IMG/VR virus record: IMGVR_UViG_3300014208_000061
Location: 1-47,404 of that record
DNA: 47,404 bases
Source: a virus
Taxonomy: Duplodnaviria > Caudoviricetes
Strand: one strand, 5' to 3'
This document shows positions 8,623 through 18,733 of the stretch, in pieces. Position 1 is the first letter of the stretch; each line of letters starts with the position of its first letter. A program made the position numbers and the translations under genes. The notes below the pieces were generated by a model. The model did no database searches. It had not been told where the DNA came from and worked only from the letters and a program-made list of their open reading frames with translations.

Positions 8623-9798
8623 TCATGGCATTTCAGATTGATCATTGGGAACGTATGTGAATGGATCACCTTTGCTGGTCCCATAATACAATCGCTTATA
8701 ACCTGAATCCCTCAATTTTACGCACACATGATAACCAAACGTATTATTTTCGGGTATGACAAAGGCCGTGTTGTAGTTAGTCCCCCACTCGGCAAGCAAA
8801 TCAGCAAATTGTTCAGGTGGGATTTTACCCATATACTCCGCAACAACTTCACATGAACTAGAATCGATAACGTGAAATGCGGAATAATCCTTTGCATCGC
8901 CTCGGGCAACGTCGGCCGATATTACGTATGATCTGCCTTGTTCTGGACGCTTCCAAATCCAAACTCCGCGATCCTTGCCCGCTTTTTCAATTGGGTTGGT
9001 TATGTCGTTTCTGATCAATTCTAATTCTGTAGGTTGCAGGAACGTATCACCAGATGTAAGAAATTCGCACAATAACTCTTGACTAATTTTCTTTCTTGAT
9101 AGGTTCTTGGTTTCATTTTCAAACCACTTCTGATCATGTTCTGGATGTTGATCCCACATGATCTTTATTGGATTGAAGCTATTTACACCAGCTTCGGCTT
9201 CGACCCATAGATTATAGTACTGCCCACCAACACCATTTGGTGTTGATAACAAAATTGCTCTTCCACCCGTCGAAACTGTCGGCCATAATCCGGCCCATAA
9301 ATCATCGAAGTTTTTAACGAACGCAGCTTCATCAATAATCAACAATGATAATGCCTCCGATCGACCTGCATCATCTGACGTTGGTATTGCCTTTATCTGC
9401 GATCCGTTGTTAAACGTTATCTGCTGTTTTGACGTCTCATATTTTGGAAGAACCAACCATGGAGGTAGACTCTTGATCGCATGCGTAACCTTTTTGATAA
9501 AGTTCATCGCAGTCGGAAGTTTTGTAGCGATGACAAGAACGTTCTTATCTTTTTGAAAAATTGCCATCCACGCTGCATATGCAGCACAAACGGTTGAAAG
9601 ACCCAACTGCCTAGATTTAAGAACGATGTTTAAACGATGCTTTTCAAACATCTCAATGCAATCATCCTGAAATGGATACGTTTTGAACGGTATCGTTCCT
9701 TTCAACGGATGTTGAATCTTTACATAATTCTTGATGAAATAGTTGGGATCACGACCACACTTAACTATTTCTCTTACCTGCTCGGCACGAGATAACAT
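8623..9798 (-). CDS. terL: terminase large subunit (T4 gp17-like), ATPase plus most of nuclease domain
   Basis: YPFQ, Walker A KSRQLGLST, Walker B LLIIDEAAF, coupling motif STPNG, nuclease ISADVARG...DYSA...PENN. Confidence 0.93.
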   Translation of the reverse strand: MLSRAEQVREIVKCGRDPNYFIKNYVKIQHPLKGTIPFKTYPFQDDCIEMFEKHRLNIVLKSRQLGLSTVCAAYAAWMAIFQKDKNVLVIATKLPTAMNFIKKVTHAIKSLPPWLVLPKYETSKQQITFNNGSQIKAIPTSDDAGRSEALSLLIIDEAAFVKNFDDLWAGLWPTVSTGGRAILLSTPNGVGGQYYNLWVEAEAGVNSFNPIKIMWDQHPEHDQKWFENETKNLSRKKISQELLCEFLTSGDTFLQPTELELIRNDITNPIEKAGKDRGVWIWKRPEQGRSYVISADVARGDAKDYSAFHVIDSSSCEVVAEYMGKIPPEQFADLLAEWGTNYNTAFVIPENNTFGYHVCVKLRDSGYKRLYYGTSKGDPFTYVPNDQSEMP

Positions 9799-10184
9799 TA
9801 TGCAATCTCTACCACTGACTTACGCCTGTAGTAGGCTGTTCTTTTTGGCGAATGAACGTTGAAACCGATTATTTCAATCGAATCAGTCGCAGAAACTTCA
9901 TTCATCTTTATCGATGAATCAGTTATATCTTTGTATCTCTTCTTAACACTCTTAATCGCCGCCGAAACTACACGTTCAGATTCTTCCTTATACATTCGCT
10001 TCATTTCGATCATTGATCGCTCAGAAGCAAAATTAACGATTGCAACGTACGATACGATCAAACGTTCTGCACCATCGAAAGAAAACTTGACTGAATAGGA
10101 TTCAGTTTTTGGTGTAGATGATCTACCCCAAGAAGAATCAACCGCCTGCGCTAACGCATTAAAATCGATCGAATCAGATGCCAT
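9798..10184 (-). CDS. hypothetical protein upstream of terL
   Basis: 128 aa ORF, GGAG RBS, TAATG overlap with terL start. Confidence 0.7.
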   Translation of the reverse strand: MASDSIDFNALAQAVDSSWGRSSTPKTESYSVKFSFDGAERLIVSYVAIVNFASERSMIEMKRMYKEESERVVSAAIKSVKKRYKDITDSSIKMNEVSATDSIEIIGFNVHSPKRTAYYRRKSVVEIA

Positions 10185-10230
10185 CGTTAAAACTCCGGCA
10201 ATAAGTAATCATCTTAATGAATTCGAGCAA

Positions 10231-10527
10231 TTAGAATTCAAAAATAAATGTCGAGGGTGTTCTACTTGAAATCTCTAGTCTCACTGATTCGGCATCAGGT
10301 CTCCAACCTGATGCCCACCTTGAGCGATTTGGATGAACCCACTTCATGGCACATGCATAACAACAACCAAAATCATCGATTGATTTGTTGTCATCTGCAC
10401 TGTGCAACACAGTATTGCATAAAAGACAACAAACGTGGTATTTTTGATGGTTTTCAGGAATTATCATTATGAAATGATCTGTTTGTTTGAATTTTCTATT
10501 CCCAGGATATTGTTCCCAATCATTCAT
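10231..10527 (-). CDS. small Cys-rich (putative Zn-binding) protein
   Basis: CLLC...CYAC pairs; ATGA overlap with SbcCD fusion. Confidence 0.7.
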   Translation of the reverse strand: MNDWEQYPGNRKFKQTDHFIMIIPENHQKYHVCCLLCNTVLHSADDNKSIDDFGCCYACAMKWVHPNRSRWASGWRPDAESVRLEISSRTPSTFIFEF

Positions 10528-13500
10528 GAATAAACGATCCTTGCGTCATTTTCGTGTTTCGTCATCTCTAATATTTGTGTTGCCGCTTCCTTCACACCAT
10601 CAACGTGGGTAATGACCAAAACAATCCTAAAATATCTGCTTAGCATTGTTAACATCCGATTGCATGCCTCAACGCCAGAATCATCAAGCGCTCCGAAACC
10701 TTCATCAAGGACGAACATATCAGATTTTGGCAGTGATGACATATTCGTCAATGCTACCCTGATTGCGATCGATGCAATTACCTTTTCCATTCCACTGCAA
10801 AGTTCGATTATTCTCTTGCTATCTCCGTAATTTATGTACGTTTCGATTGAATCGTTGTCCTTGTCAAGCTCAAGTTCAATCGTAAAATCAAACACACCGT
10901 GCAAAAGTTTTGCAATTTCAGAATTTATCACCGGTAATTGTGATGAAACAATCGAATTTGGAATGCCTTTTTTTGAAAATGCATTCGCAACAAGTTCAAA
11001 TGCATGCAATCGATGTAATGCTTCAATGCGATTATTTTTTTCTTCTGATAATTTTTCAATCATTGCATTTGATCGACCAATATCAGTTGCGTATTGAAGA
11101 TTCCGTTGTTCCAAGGAAGAAATTTCCTTTGTCAAGGAATCAATTTCAATTTTTATTCTAACAACTTCACCGTTATCCTGATTGTTGAATGCTTCATTCA
11201 AGTTACGTAAATTCGTATTTAACGTCAAAAGTGAACTTTCCGATCGTTCAAGCGATGATTCGATTTTCAACAGATCGATTTTTTCAGTTGACAACTGTGA
11301 ATTCAATGAATTCACATTATGAATTGAATCATCAATTTTTTTGAGTTTTAATTGCAGTGAAGCCTTGTTAAATTCCTTCATTGACTCAATGGCGTTCGAA
11401 AGATTCTCAAGCGCAACTGTTACTTTTTTCGTTTGTTCATCGATTAATGATTTACTTTCATGCGCATCTTTTATGAACATGCAGGTTGGATATGAGTCGC
11501 CACAAGGAACTTCATCAAGAATTTTAAGCGATTTCTTATGTTGATTCAGCGTAGTTGTTTCAACGTCCAACGTATGTTTCATGTTGGTAATTGAATCCTC
11601 AAGTGCACTGATCGAAGCCAAGTTATCAACAATGGATTTTCGTTCTGAAGAATCCACCATCACATTTTCGATGTTGTTCTGTAGCGATTCTATCGTTTTC
11701 TTTTTTGTAACGATAATTTCACGCAAACGCTCTAGTTCATTACGAACTGTCAAAATTTTCTCTTCCAGTTCATCAATGTCTGATTTTTTCGTCGGGGTGA
11801 GATTTTGATGCTTTGATAATTCAAGGACAAATTCATTATGTTTCTTCTTCAGTTCTTGAATAGAAGCAGTTGTAACATCGATCAAGGATCGAAGATTTTC
11901 GACTATCGATTGTTGATCCTCAATAAGAACATCGAATTCTTTATCTGGCATCAGCTTTAATTCTGACTTTGCAGAATTCATGTCATTCTTCGCAAGTTCA
12001 TACATTTTGTCAAAAATGTTGAGATTTAGAAATCTTGAAAGAATTTGTTGTCGACGGGTAGGTCCCTGCAAAATGAACATCTTTACTTCATCCTGCACGC
12101 TAAATGACGTTAGTAAACAGTCATCCGCGGTTCCTATCAATCGTCGTAGAACCTTTTCCGTGTCTTTTCGATCTTCACCAGCAAGATCAACTGCTTTTCC
12201 ATCCTTCATTTGGAATACGTTCAAATTTGTGACTGCGTGAACGTACCCAGCTTTTGTTTCGTGTTTTGTTGATTGTCGCTCCAAAACATAATCGACACCA
12301 TTTACATCGAACAATGCTCGAACATAGCAATGAGGTTTACGAGTGTTGATTACATGCAAATTTTTGATCGAGCCACGATCCGTTGTGTTAAACAACGCAT
12401 ACAACATCGTTCCAATTATCGATGATTTACCAGATCGATTTTGTCCAAAAATTCCGACTATCCCATTCAGCGAAGCGAAATTAATGATGTTACCTTCACC
12501 ATACGAATAGGTGTTATCAAATTTAAGCTCTTTTAATGACCAGGTAACATTTCTAACGTTATCATCACTGTTTAACGTTGTTTTAACGTATGAAGTGACG
12601 TGTTCTAAAATCCTTTTCCAGTCATCATCACTAACTTGTTTATTGCCGTAACTGTAAAATTCACGCATCAACTTAACGATAACGTCGATGTTCGTCAAAT
12701 CATCACGAATTAATGTTGTTTCACCAGCGTTAACAATTTCGGTCGTGTATTCTTTGTCTGATTTGAATGTAACCTCAGATGCTTGACATTTTTTCTTCAA
12801 TAACGATGTAACGTTGATTGCATCCTTGTGCGATAAAACGTCATCGCTTCTCACTCTGTAACGAGCTCCTGCAGGATAAGTTCCCTCGACATTTGAAACG
12901 GTTGATTCTGGTGTTATTGCCCAATCAACCGTTACGAACGGTTTGATGTTATTTAACTGAACGAATTCAACATCCCAATCCTTCTTAGATCTGATCTCCC
13001 AGAGCAAATAACCATGCTCAAGTGATTCAGCGTAATTTTGCTGAATTGGTGTCCCGGGGTATGCGATCCAAGGTTTTTTTCTAGTAACACCGGATTCATC
13101 GATTGACTCTCTGTAATCAAGAAATTGCAATCGATGAATGTCACCTAATAGTGCAAAATCATACGCATCAAAGTCTTCAACCTTTAAGCCGTCATCAATG
13201 TCCCAATTTGTTTCAGATTTTGCACCCATGACAGGACCGTGATAACATGCAATGTTCATCTCACCTTCCACGGGTTTAACAGTCGACCAACCTTCCTCGT
13301 CAAAAAGGCTAAAAACACAAAAATTTATGCCGGGTACAATTTGATATACGCCGCTGTCCTTGTAAAGATGAATTCTTGGATTTTTCAGCGCATTAACAAT
13401 TGGTGAAACGGCATCTTGCCTTGATGCATTCAACAGGTTTCCATCATGGTTACCCAACGTAAGATGAAGTTCTGCGACTTCAGCGACTGAAGTCAGCAAC

Positions 13501-13694
13501 CACGACATTAAATCGATGTACTCAGGAGATAAACCGGACGTTTTTGTATGAAAAATGTCACCACCGATATAGACACGATCGATATCACGCTTTTTGATAT
13601 CATCAATGAATTGCGTGAAAATTTCTTTATATTCATCGTGACGCGATAGCGCGCGGATATGAATGTCAGCAAGGTGTACGATTCGTAATCTCAT
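10524..13694 (-). CDS. fused Mre11/SbcD nuclease - Rad50/SbcC ATPase (gp47-gp46-like)
   Basis: Phosphoesterase motifs DIH, GDIFH, GNHD, YHG, GDIH; Walker A GQNRSGKS; long coiled coil; signature CSGME; Walker B FVLDEGFGALD; H-loop ITH. Confidence 0.92.
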   Translation of the reverse strand: MRLRIVHLADIHIRALSRHDEYKEIFTQFIDDIKKRDIDRVYIGGDIFHTKTSGLSPEYIDLMSWLLTSVAEVAELHLTLGNHDGNLLNASRQDAVSPIVNALKNPRIHLYKDSGVYQIVPGINFCVFSLFDEEGWSTVKPVEGEMNIACYHGPVMGAKSETNWDIDDGLKVEDFDAYDFALLGDIHRLQFLDYRESIDESGVTRKKPWIAYPGTPIQQNYAESLEHGYLLWEIRSKKDWDVEFVQLNNIKPFVTVDWAITPESTVSNVEGTYPAGARYRVRSDDVLSHKDAINVTSLLKKKCQASEVTFKSDKEYTTEIVNAGETTLIRDDLTNIDVIVKLMREFYSYGNKQVSDDDWKRILEHVTSYVKTTLNSDDNVRNVTWSLKELKFDNTYSYGEGNIINFASLNGIVGIFGQNRSGKSSIIGTMLYALFNTTDRGSIKNLHVINTRKPHCYVRALFDVNGVDYVLERQSTKHETKAGYVHAVTNLNVFQMKDGKAVDLAGEDRKDTEKVLRRLIGTADDCLLTSFSVQDEVKMFILQGPTRRQQILSRFLNLNIFDKMYELAKNDMNSAKSELKLMPDKEFDVLIEDQQSIVENLRSLIDVTTASIQELKKKHNEFVLELSKHQNLTPTKKSDIDELEEKILTVRNELERLREIIVTKKKTIESLQNNIENVMVDSSERKSIVDNLASISALEDSITNMKHTLDVETTTLNQHKKSLKILDEVPCGDSYPTCMFIKDAHESKSLIDEQTKKVTVALENLSNAIESMKEFNKASLQLKLKKIDDSIHNVNSLNSQLSTEKIDLLKIESSLERSESSLLTLNTNLRNLNEAFNNQDNGEVVRIKIEIDSLTKEISSLEQRNLQYATDIGRSNAMIEKLSEEKNNRIEALHRLHAFELVANAFSKKGIPNSIVSSQLPVINSEIAKLLHGVFDFTIELELDKDNDSIETYINYGDSKRIIELCSGMEKVIASIAIRVALTNMSSLPKSDMFVLDEGFGALDDSGVEACNRMLTMLSRYFRIVLVITHVDGVKEAATQILEMTKHENDARIVYS

Positions 13695-13734
13695 GCAATA
13701 TTCAATTTAACAAGTTAGAAGAAAGAGTTCATCT

Positions 13735-14709
13735 TTAGAACATCGCTTTTTCTAATTTTGTTAGAAATGCATGGCGCCAATCAAATTGTTTTGCAACCGT
13801 TAACGCATCTTTTATCTGCTTCTTTGTTGCCTTACCCGGATCGTCGAATTCTCTCGTATCAAGGATTTTAACTGTTACGTTATATTCAGATAATTTTTTA
13901 GCGAGCCTCAATGTTTTGGTGTGCCACATGTCAGCATCAAACGCCAAAACTATCGGTGTACAATTCATGACAATCATATTGAACAACAAGGAATTTTCAT
14001 CTAAATTTGAACCAAGCACCGGAATTGTGTTGTCGATGCATTTAAACATATCAAAAACACCTTCGCATAGCATCAATTCACTCGACCAATCAATGTTGGA
14101 TTCATTGAAAATTCTTTTGTTAACATCAAGACGAGGATTATCATACTTTGGACGAACGTTGTCATCGATCGCACGACCCACAAAATAGTTTAATTTTCCA
14201 TACTGATCAAATGATGGAACAATGACTCGACGGTTCCATTGAAAGTCCAAACTGCAGCAGATTTTATACCTCCAACAATCATCATCAGTTAGGCCTCTTT
14301 TTTTCACGTATTGATAAATGGCCGCAAAATTTGGATTATCATCTTTCGACTTGATCAATAACGACGTTTTATTTGGAAGCGTCACAATTTCCTCGGACGT
14401 TGACGCTTTTTCGTCAAGAACAGCTCGCAATTGCGGCATGAATCGTTCGATGTATTCAACCAGCGATTCTTTAGATGAAAACTTTCTCAATAACGGAACA
14501 AGGGATCTAGCCTTGAATCCACATGTCCAACAATGATTTCGATCATCATCGATTCTTATGACAAGCTTCCTTTTGTTGGTGTCCATCGGTCTGCAGAATG
14601 GGCACCAGATTTCAAAATTCAATGAATTTCTAGCTAGCTTTCCCTTGCCGAGTGAACGTTCTATAAACGTAATTTTCTCGGTTGTCGTTACAAGCTGCCC
14701 ATTAATCAT
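13735..14709 (-). CDS. DNA primase (Zn finger + TOPRIM)
   Basis: CPFC...HCWTC zinc finger, RVIVP...YFVGR, CEGVFD, FDAD. Confidence 0.88.
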   Translation of the reverse strand: MINGQLVTTTEKITFIERSLGKGKLARNSLNFEIWCPFCRPMDTNKRKLVIRIDDDRNHCWTCGFKARSLVPLLRKFSSKESLVEYIERFMPQLRAVLDEKASTSEEIVTLPNKTSLLIKSKDDNPNFAAIYQYVKKRGLTDDDCWRYKICCSLDFQWNRRVIVPSFDQYGKLNYFVGRAIDDNVRPKYDNPRLDVNKRIFNESNIDWSSELMLCEGVFDMFKCIDNTIPVLGSNLDENSLLFNMIVMNCTPIVLAFDADMWHTKTLRLAKKLSEYNVTVKILDTREFDDPGKATKKQIKDALTVAKQFDWRHAFLTKLEKAMF

Positions 14710-14726
14710 GGATAGAATTTACAAAA

Positions 14727-15281
14727 TTAAGTTGAAGATAACAAAAAACCGCTTCTTGCGATGACGTAGGCATCGGTCGCATCCTTTGCCCAATCAACTA
14801 TTTTACCGCTTTTTTTCAAAGGCCAACTATAACCTGCAAGATCATTTGATTGCATGTGTTCAAAAACCTGATCCTTCTGTGATTTTCCACATTTTGATAC
14901 CCTTTGAACATGAACACCGACAGATTTACGTGCTGAAGCTGCTGAGATGAATTGAGGTTCAATTTTTAATTCATCACGAGCGATGAATGATACCAGCGCA
15001 TTAAACTTCACGAGTAGAGTTATCGTTTGAGCCGACGAGGATCCAGGTCTAAATCCGATAAGAGCCTCTTCGACAAAGATCTTCGTAATTTCTTCGGTCT
15101 TCGAAAGCTCACGTATTTTTTCACGAGCCTTATCTGCCTTTTCAAATAAGGAATTACAACCCTTGAATTGTAAGTTATCAAGTCTGATATTTTCGCCATC
15201 GTACAAACAGATACCGATGCAAGATGTTGAAATATCTAACCCTAGTATCAAGGAACCGTTCTCATTTGACACAGAATGCAT
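14727..15281 (-). CDS. RuvC-like Holliday junction resolvase
   Basis: ILGLDISTSCIG, IFVEE, C-terminal DATDA acidic motifs of the RNase H fold. Confidence 0.8.
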   Translation of the reverse strand: MHSVSNENGSLILGLDISTSCIGICLYDGENIRLDNLQFKGCNSLFEKADKAREKIRELSKTEEITKIFVEEALIGFRPGSSSAQTITLLVKFNALVSFIARDELKIEPQFISAASARKSVGVHVQRVSKCGKSQKDQVFEHMQSNDLAGYSWPLKKSGKIVDWAKDATDAYVIARSGFLLSST

Positions 15282-15294
15282 TCAGAATAATAAT

Positions 15295-15705
15295 CTACAG
15301 AAGATTAAGATGTTTCAATTCTTTTTCTGTGATTATTTCAAAGGTCACAGAATTACTTTTACACCATTGCTCGGCGGCGGCGATTTTTTTCTTCACGATA
15401 ACATTGTCAAGTTTTCTTGACGGTTTGATCTCAACAAGACGTCTCGTACCATCAGCGTAACACACCAAAATATCCGGAAAATACTTTCGAATTTTTCCTG
15501 ATCTGATATTGCTAATGTACGGGAGAACCAACCCTTCGTATTTAAATGACTCGACATCATTGTTATCATCGAGGTACCTAAGGTACGACAATTCCCAACC
15601 ACTACGATATTTGCACGAACCTCCCTTTTTAGATTCGTACGTTCCCGTAACGTAATGCCCTTTCTTACGTGTTCGTTTTCTACGTTTTCTTTTGATAATT
15701 GTCAT
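15295..15705 (-). CDS. head completion nuclease (T4 gp4-like / TnsA N-terminal PD-(D/E)xK family)
   Basis: YRSGWE, YFPD, VEIKP, KIAAA...FEIITE. Confidence 0.8.
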   Translation of the reverse strand: MTIIKRKRRKRTRKKGHYVTGTYESKKGGSCKYRSGWELSYLRYLDDNNDVESFKYEGLVLPYISNIRSGKIRKYFPDILVCYADGTRRLVEIKPSRKLDNVIVKKKIAAAEQWCKSNSVTFEIITEKELKHLNLL

Positions 15706-16184
15706 GAAATTTGCTTGATAATTTTAATGCTTTCGCACAAATACTCAGTTACGTCGTCAAAGGGTGCATTTGGTGCATTCAACCAGTAGTTCTTTGCATT
15801 TTCTTCAACTGACGGTCTATTTTTGATCTTTGCCAAAAATGCCTGATCAACGACCTTTATGAACCAACCCAAATTTGCAACCGTAATTTTTCCTATTGGT
15901 TCAACTTCGTAAACGTAATCTTCAGAAGCACCGACCAAATTTAGAGCATTTATATCGTCAACCACAAAGACGCAATGTAACCTTGACACAAAACCATCAG
16001 GTCTAAGATTGTCAACGAACTCCTCAACATTCACGCCATCGCGAGAAAATCTATCGCTAAATTCCGTTGGTCTTGAACGAGCAATCAACGTTGAACCAAC
16101 TTTGTGTTCAACAGAACTTCCATGAAAAAATCTTCTAGAAGATGATTCTTCAAGAACCATTTTAATGTACGTTTCCAACAACAT
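15702..16184 (-). CDS. putative ADP-ribosyltransferase (Arr-like)
   Basis: FFHGS and YVYEVEPIG motifs, terminal EYL; start chosen at ATG 16184 just after upstream stop. Confidence 0.55.
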   Translation of the reverse strand: MLLETYIKMVLEESSSRRFFHGSSVEHKVGSTLIARSRPTEFSDRFSRDGVNVEEFVDNLRPDGFVSRLHCVFVVDDINALNLVGASEDYVYEVEPIGKITVANLGWFIKVVDQAFLAKIKNRPSVEENAKNYWLNAPNAPFDDVTEYLCESIKIIKQIS

Positions 16185-16185
16185 A

Positions 16186-18678
16186 TCAAAAATCCATCTT
16201 AACTGTGAATCTAATCGCATCACCTTCACGTTTAACGATCGGTTGAGCAAGCTGAGTTTTCATGATTACGTTGTAATTGTCATCATGGAAATACATTCCA
16301 GTTATGTAAACAAATTTATCATCCGGATCATTTGGGTATGCCGAAGGAGGAACTTGCTTAAAGTTAGGATTGCTTGAACTGTTCAATTGATTACGAGGCG
16401 CCAATGCCGATATCTTAAGTACATGAACATTTTGCTCTCCCCGAAAACTTAATTCAAATCCTTCCTTACCAAAAAGATTCAAATGAGGATTTTTGATGCA
16501 AATAATTCCCTCATCGTAAAAAACAGTTCCAACGTTGTTCCACGTAGACTGTGAAGTTAAACAGTTTGCACGGTACAACGTTCCCCTACCGTCATCATTC
16601 AATGTAATTGACATTTTTCCTGATGAACCTGTGAATGCTGCATCGGTCAAAACAAGACTTCGAGGCATTATTCTCTTACCGTAAAAGAGGTTGCTAATAT
16701 CGAAAAATGTTACATGATTCGATGATGCATCACGTGTACGTTGGAATATTGTCAATGGGGCACCGGTCTGAATTCCTGGTTCAAATGTTCCCAGAGCGAC
16801 GGCGTCATCGATTGATGAAACGTAATTATCGAATGCGGATCCGGGTGAAATTGTTGGATTTTCCGGCGTAAATCCGATCAATTCGTTTGCAAATGAATTT
16901 GCTTCATCTATGGATTTGGTCTCTGAACCAAAATCACTTCCAAATAACAATGAAGAAGTGCTTAACATCGAACTCAGATTTACCATGCTAAGTTCTTCAA
17001 CACCTAAGTCATCGATTAACGTTGTCTTAAGACTCTCTGACGAGAGTAATTCGAATCCAGGAACGAATAATCCATCATCGCATGGCATGATGAGAAGATT
17101 TCTTCGAACGATACCCGGTTGTCGATAAAGAAATAAATTTGCCTCGAGAACATCGCTCGTTGTGGCGAGTATTGTACCCGACATTTTTAACGCTCGAGGG
17201 AACTGATTGTTTGCAAAATCTTTCAAGTAGTTTTCAATATTGATGTAATTTGCATTGATACCAAATGACATCGCAACATTGAAAGGATCGTTCGTGGTGC
17301 CATCAACTTCAAAAAATGGTGTTTGCCATATTCCACCATAGCTGCCGACAGATTGTCTAAATGACGAACTCTCAACAAAGAAAGGTGGAATGTAAAGAGC
17401 GGTCCAATTCGAATCAATCGACCGTGGCCCAGCAGATGCCGACGTAAGAATGTCAATATCTGCCATGTAATATCTCTTTATTGATACATCATGAAGTTCA
17501 GCGTTCAATGGATGAGCAAAGGTGTATGACGTTGGTTCATCAACACCCGTTGTCGCAACTAATTGTGTTAAACCTTCTCGTAACGAAGCATCAGCTGCAA
17601 AAAATAACGCCTGCGAATTTGAACCTACGTTGTTTCCTTGATAGTAATTTCCGATACAAAGAACGTCAGAATTACCACCTGAAACTGGCACTTGCGGTGT
17701 TATAGTTCCTGACGGAACGACAAAAATTCCTTTATCGAGTCCATCGATGTTAAATGATCCGGATCCATCGTTAATGCTGTTCGTTCCCCATCTGACAACG
17801 ACGTGATGCCATCTGTTAAATGACAAGGAATTATCATCCGATAAAAAGACAAGATTACTTGGATACGCTCCTGGTAATGCTAGCGAAGGCGAGACGTCAG
17901 CGCTGTGACTAAGTTGTAACAACAGTCTGTATCCTTCGACGAGCCCGTTTTCATTCTTTCCAGAACCAGTTACCAACGACAGAGAATAACATGAAGAAAG
18001 ATGATAAATGGTGCCCGCTTTAAAGGCATCATTTTCTTTTTCAGGTCTGTAACGAGGATTTATGTAAAAATCAAAACTGAATGCGCCAGACAGAGTGTAT
18101 ACACCTGACATGTGATTTGAATGTTCAACTTCATTTCGAATGTTCGGATACAACAAAACAGATGATTCTGGTACGGTTGATGACGTAAAAAAATTCAATG
18201 AATTGAAGTTTGTGTATCCCCAATGTGCGGATGGATAACTGACCCTGTAGTATGACGACAAAACGTCTTTTATGAATAGTTTTCTCGCTGTGTACGTTGA
18301 AAAATCAACCGAAGGCGTGTAACGTGAAATATCAAGTGTGCTATTTTTTCTAGTTGATTGTTCTAGATCATCAACCTTGTTCATGTAATCTAGAAGCATT
18401 GAGTTCAATGTTCCTGACAACGAACTTGAAGGTGATAGAACGGACATTTTCGCTGCTTGTTGCAGCGTTTTTAGCAACGAGCCAACATCAGAATCATCAT
18501 GATTCTGATCAACGAATGCAGTTGCAACAAAATTATCTTTTTCAATATGCGATCGACGTGAGAAAACGTTTAACGATCCAGTAACACCACCGACTGAACT
18601 TGATTCATACGTTCTTGATGGGTTTGTAACGATCGTAAATGATTCAACGTCGTCCGGATTGATCTTATAGATCGACAT
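16186..18678 (-). CDS. virion structural protein with LamG/concanavalin-like domain
   Basis: FSFDFYINP...RWHHVVVRW...LCIGN...LHDVSI LamG-like pattern; C-terminus similar to 19704..20933. Confidence 0.7.
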   Translation of the reverse strand: MSIYKINPDDVESFTIVTNPSRTYESSSVGGVTGSLNVFSRRSHIEKDNFVATAFVDQNHDDSDVGSLLKTLQQAAKMSVLSPSSSLSGTLNSMLLDYMNKVDDLEQSTRKNSTLDISRYTPSVDFSTYTARKLFIKDVLSSYYRVSYPSAHWGYTNFNSLNFFTSSTVPESSVLLYPNIRNEVEHSNHMSGVYTLSGAFSFDFYINPRYRPEKENDAFKAGTIYHLSSCYSLSLVTGSGKNENGLVEGYRLLLQLSHSADVSPSLALPGAYPSNLVFLSDDNSLSFNRWHHVVVRWGTNSINDGSGSFNIDGLDKGIFVVPSGTITPQVPVSGGNSDVLCIGNYYQGNNVGSNSQALFFAADASLREGLTQLVATTGVDEPTSYTFAHPLNAELHDVSIKRYYMADIDILTSASAGPRSIDSNWTALYIPPFFVESSSFRQSVGSYGGIWQTPFFEVDGTTNDPFNVAMSFGINANYINIENYLKDFANNQFPRALKMSGTILATTSDVLEANLFLYRQPGIVRRNLLIMPCDDGLFVPGFELLSSESLKTTLIDDLGVEELSMVNLSSMLSTSSLLFGSDFGSETKSIDEANSFANELIGFTPENPTISPGSAFDNYVSSIDDAVALGTFEPGIQTGAPLTIFQRTRDASSNHVTFFDISNLFYGKRIMPRSLVLTDAAFTGSSGKMSITLNDDGRGTLYRANCLTSQSTWNNVGTVFYDEGIICIKNPHLNLFGKEGFELSFRGEQNVHVLKISALAPRNQLNSSSNPNFKQVPPSAYPNDPDDKFVYITGMYFHDDNYNVIMKTQLAQPIVKREGDAIRFTVKMDF

Positions 18679-18733
18679 CTACACGTAACTATAAAACGTG
18701 ATCAAGATGCTGTCAACTTACGAAGCAATAAAA

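Noticed and set aside
8623-8625. Genome-wide TGA reassignment (e.g. code 25, TGA=Gly)
   Set aside because: Many complete genes here end in TGA with ATGA overlaps (e.g. 2440, 10524, 42636), and long ORFs are intact in code 11; only one internal TGA was seen.
8596-8625. Selenocysteine insertion at the terminase TGA
   Set aside because: The position does not correspond to a Cys, and the downstream hairpin is only 4-5 bp; no support for a SECIS.
14727-15281. TnpB/Cas12-type RuvC effector
   Set aside because: Only 184 aa, no Zn ribbon or REC region, no array nearby; fits a resolvase.
15295-15705. Tn7-like transposon (TnsA)
   Set aside because: No TnsB/TnsC or terminal repeats; motifs and context fit the phage gp4-like head completion nuclease.
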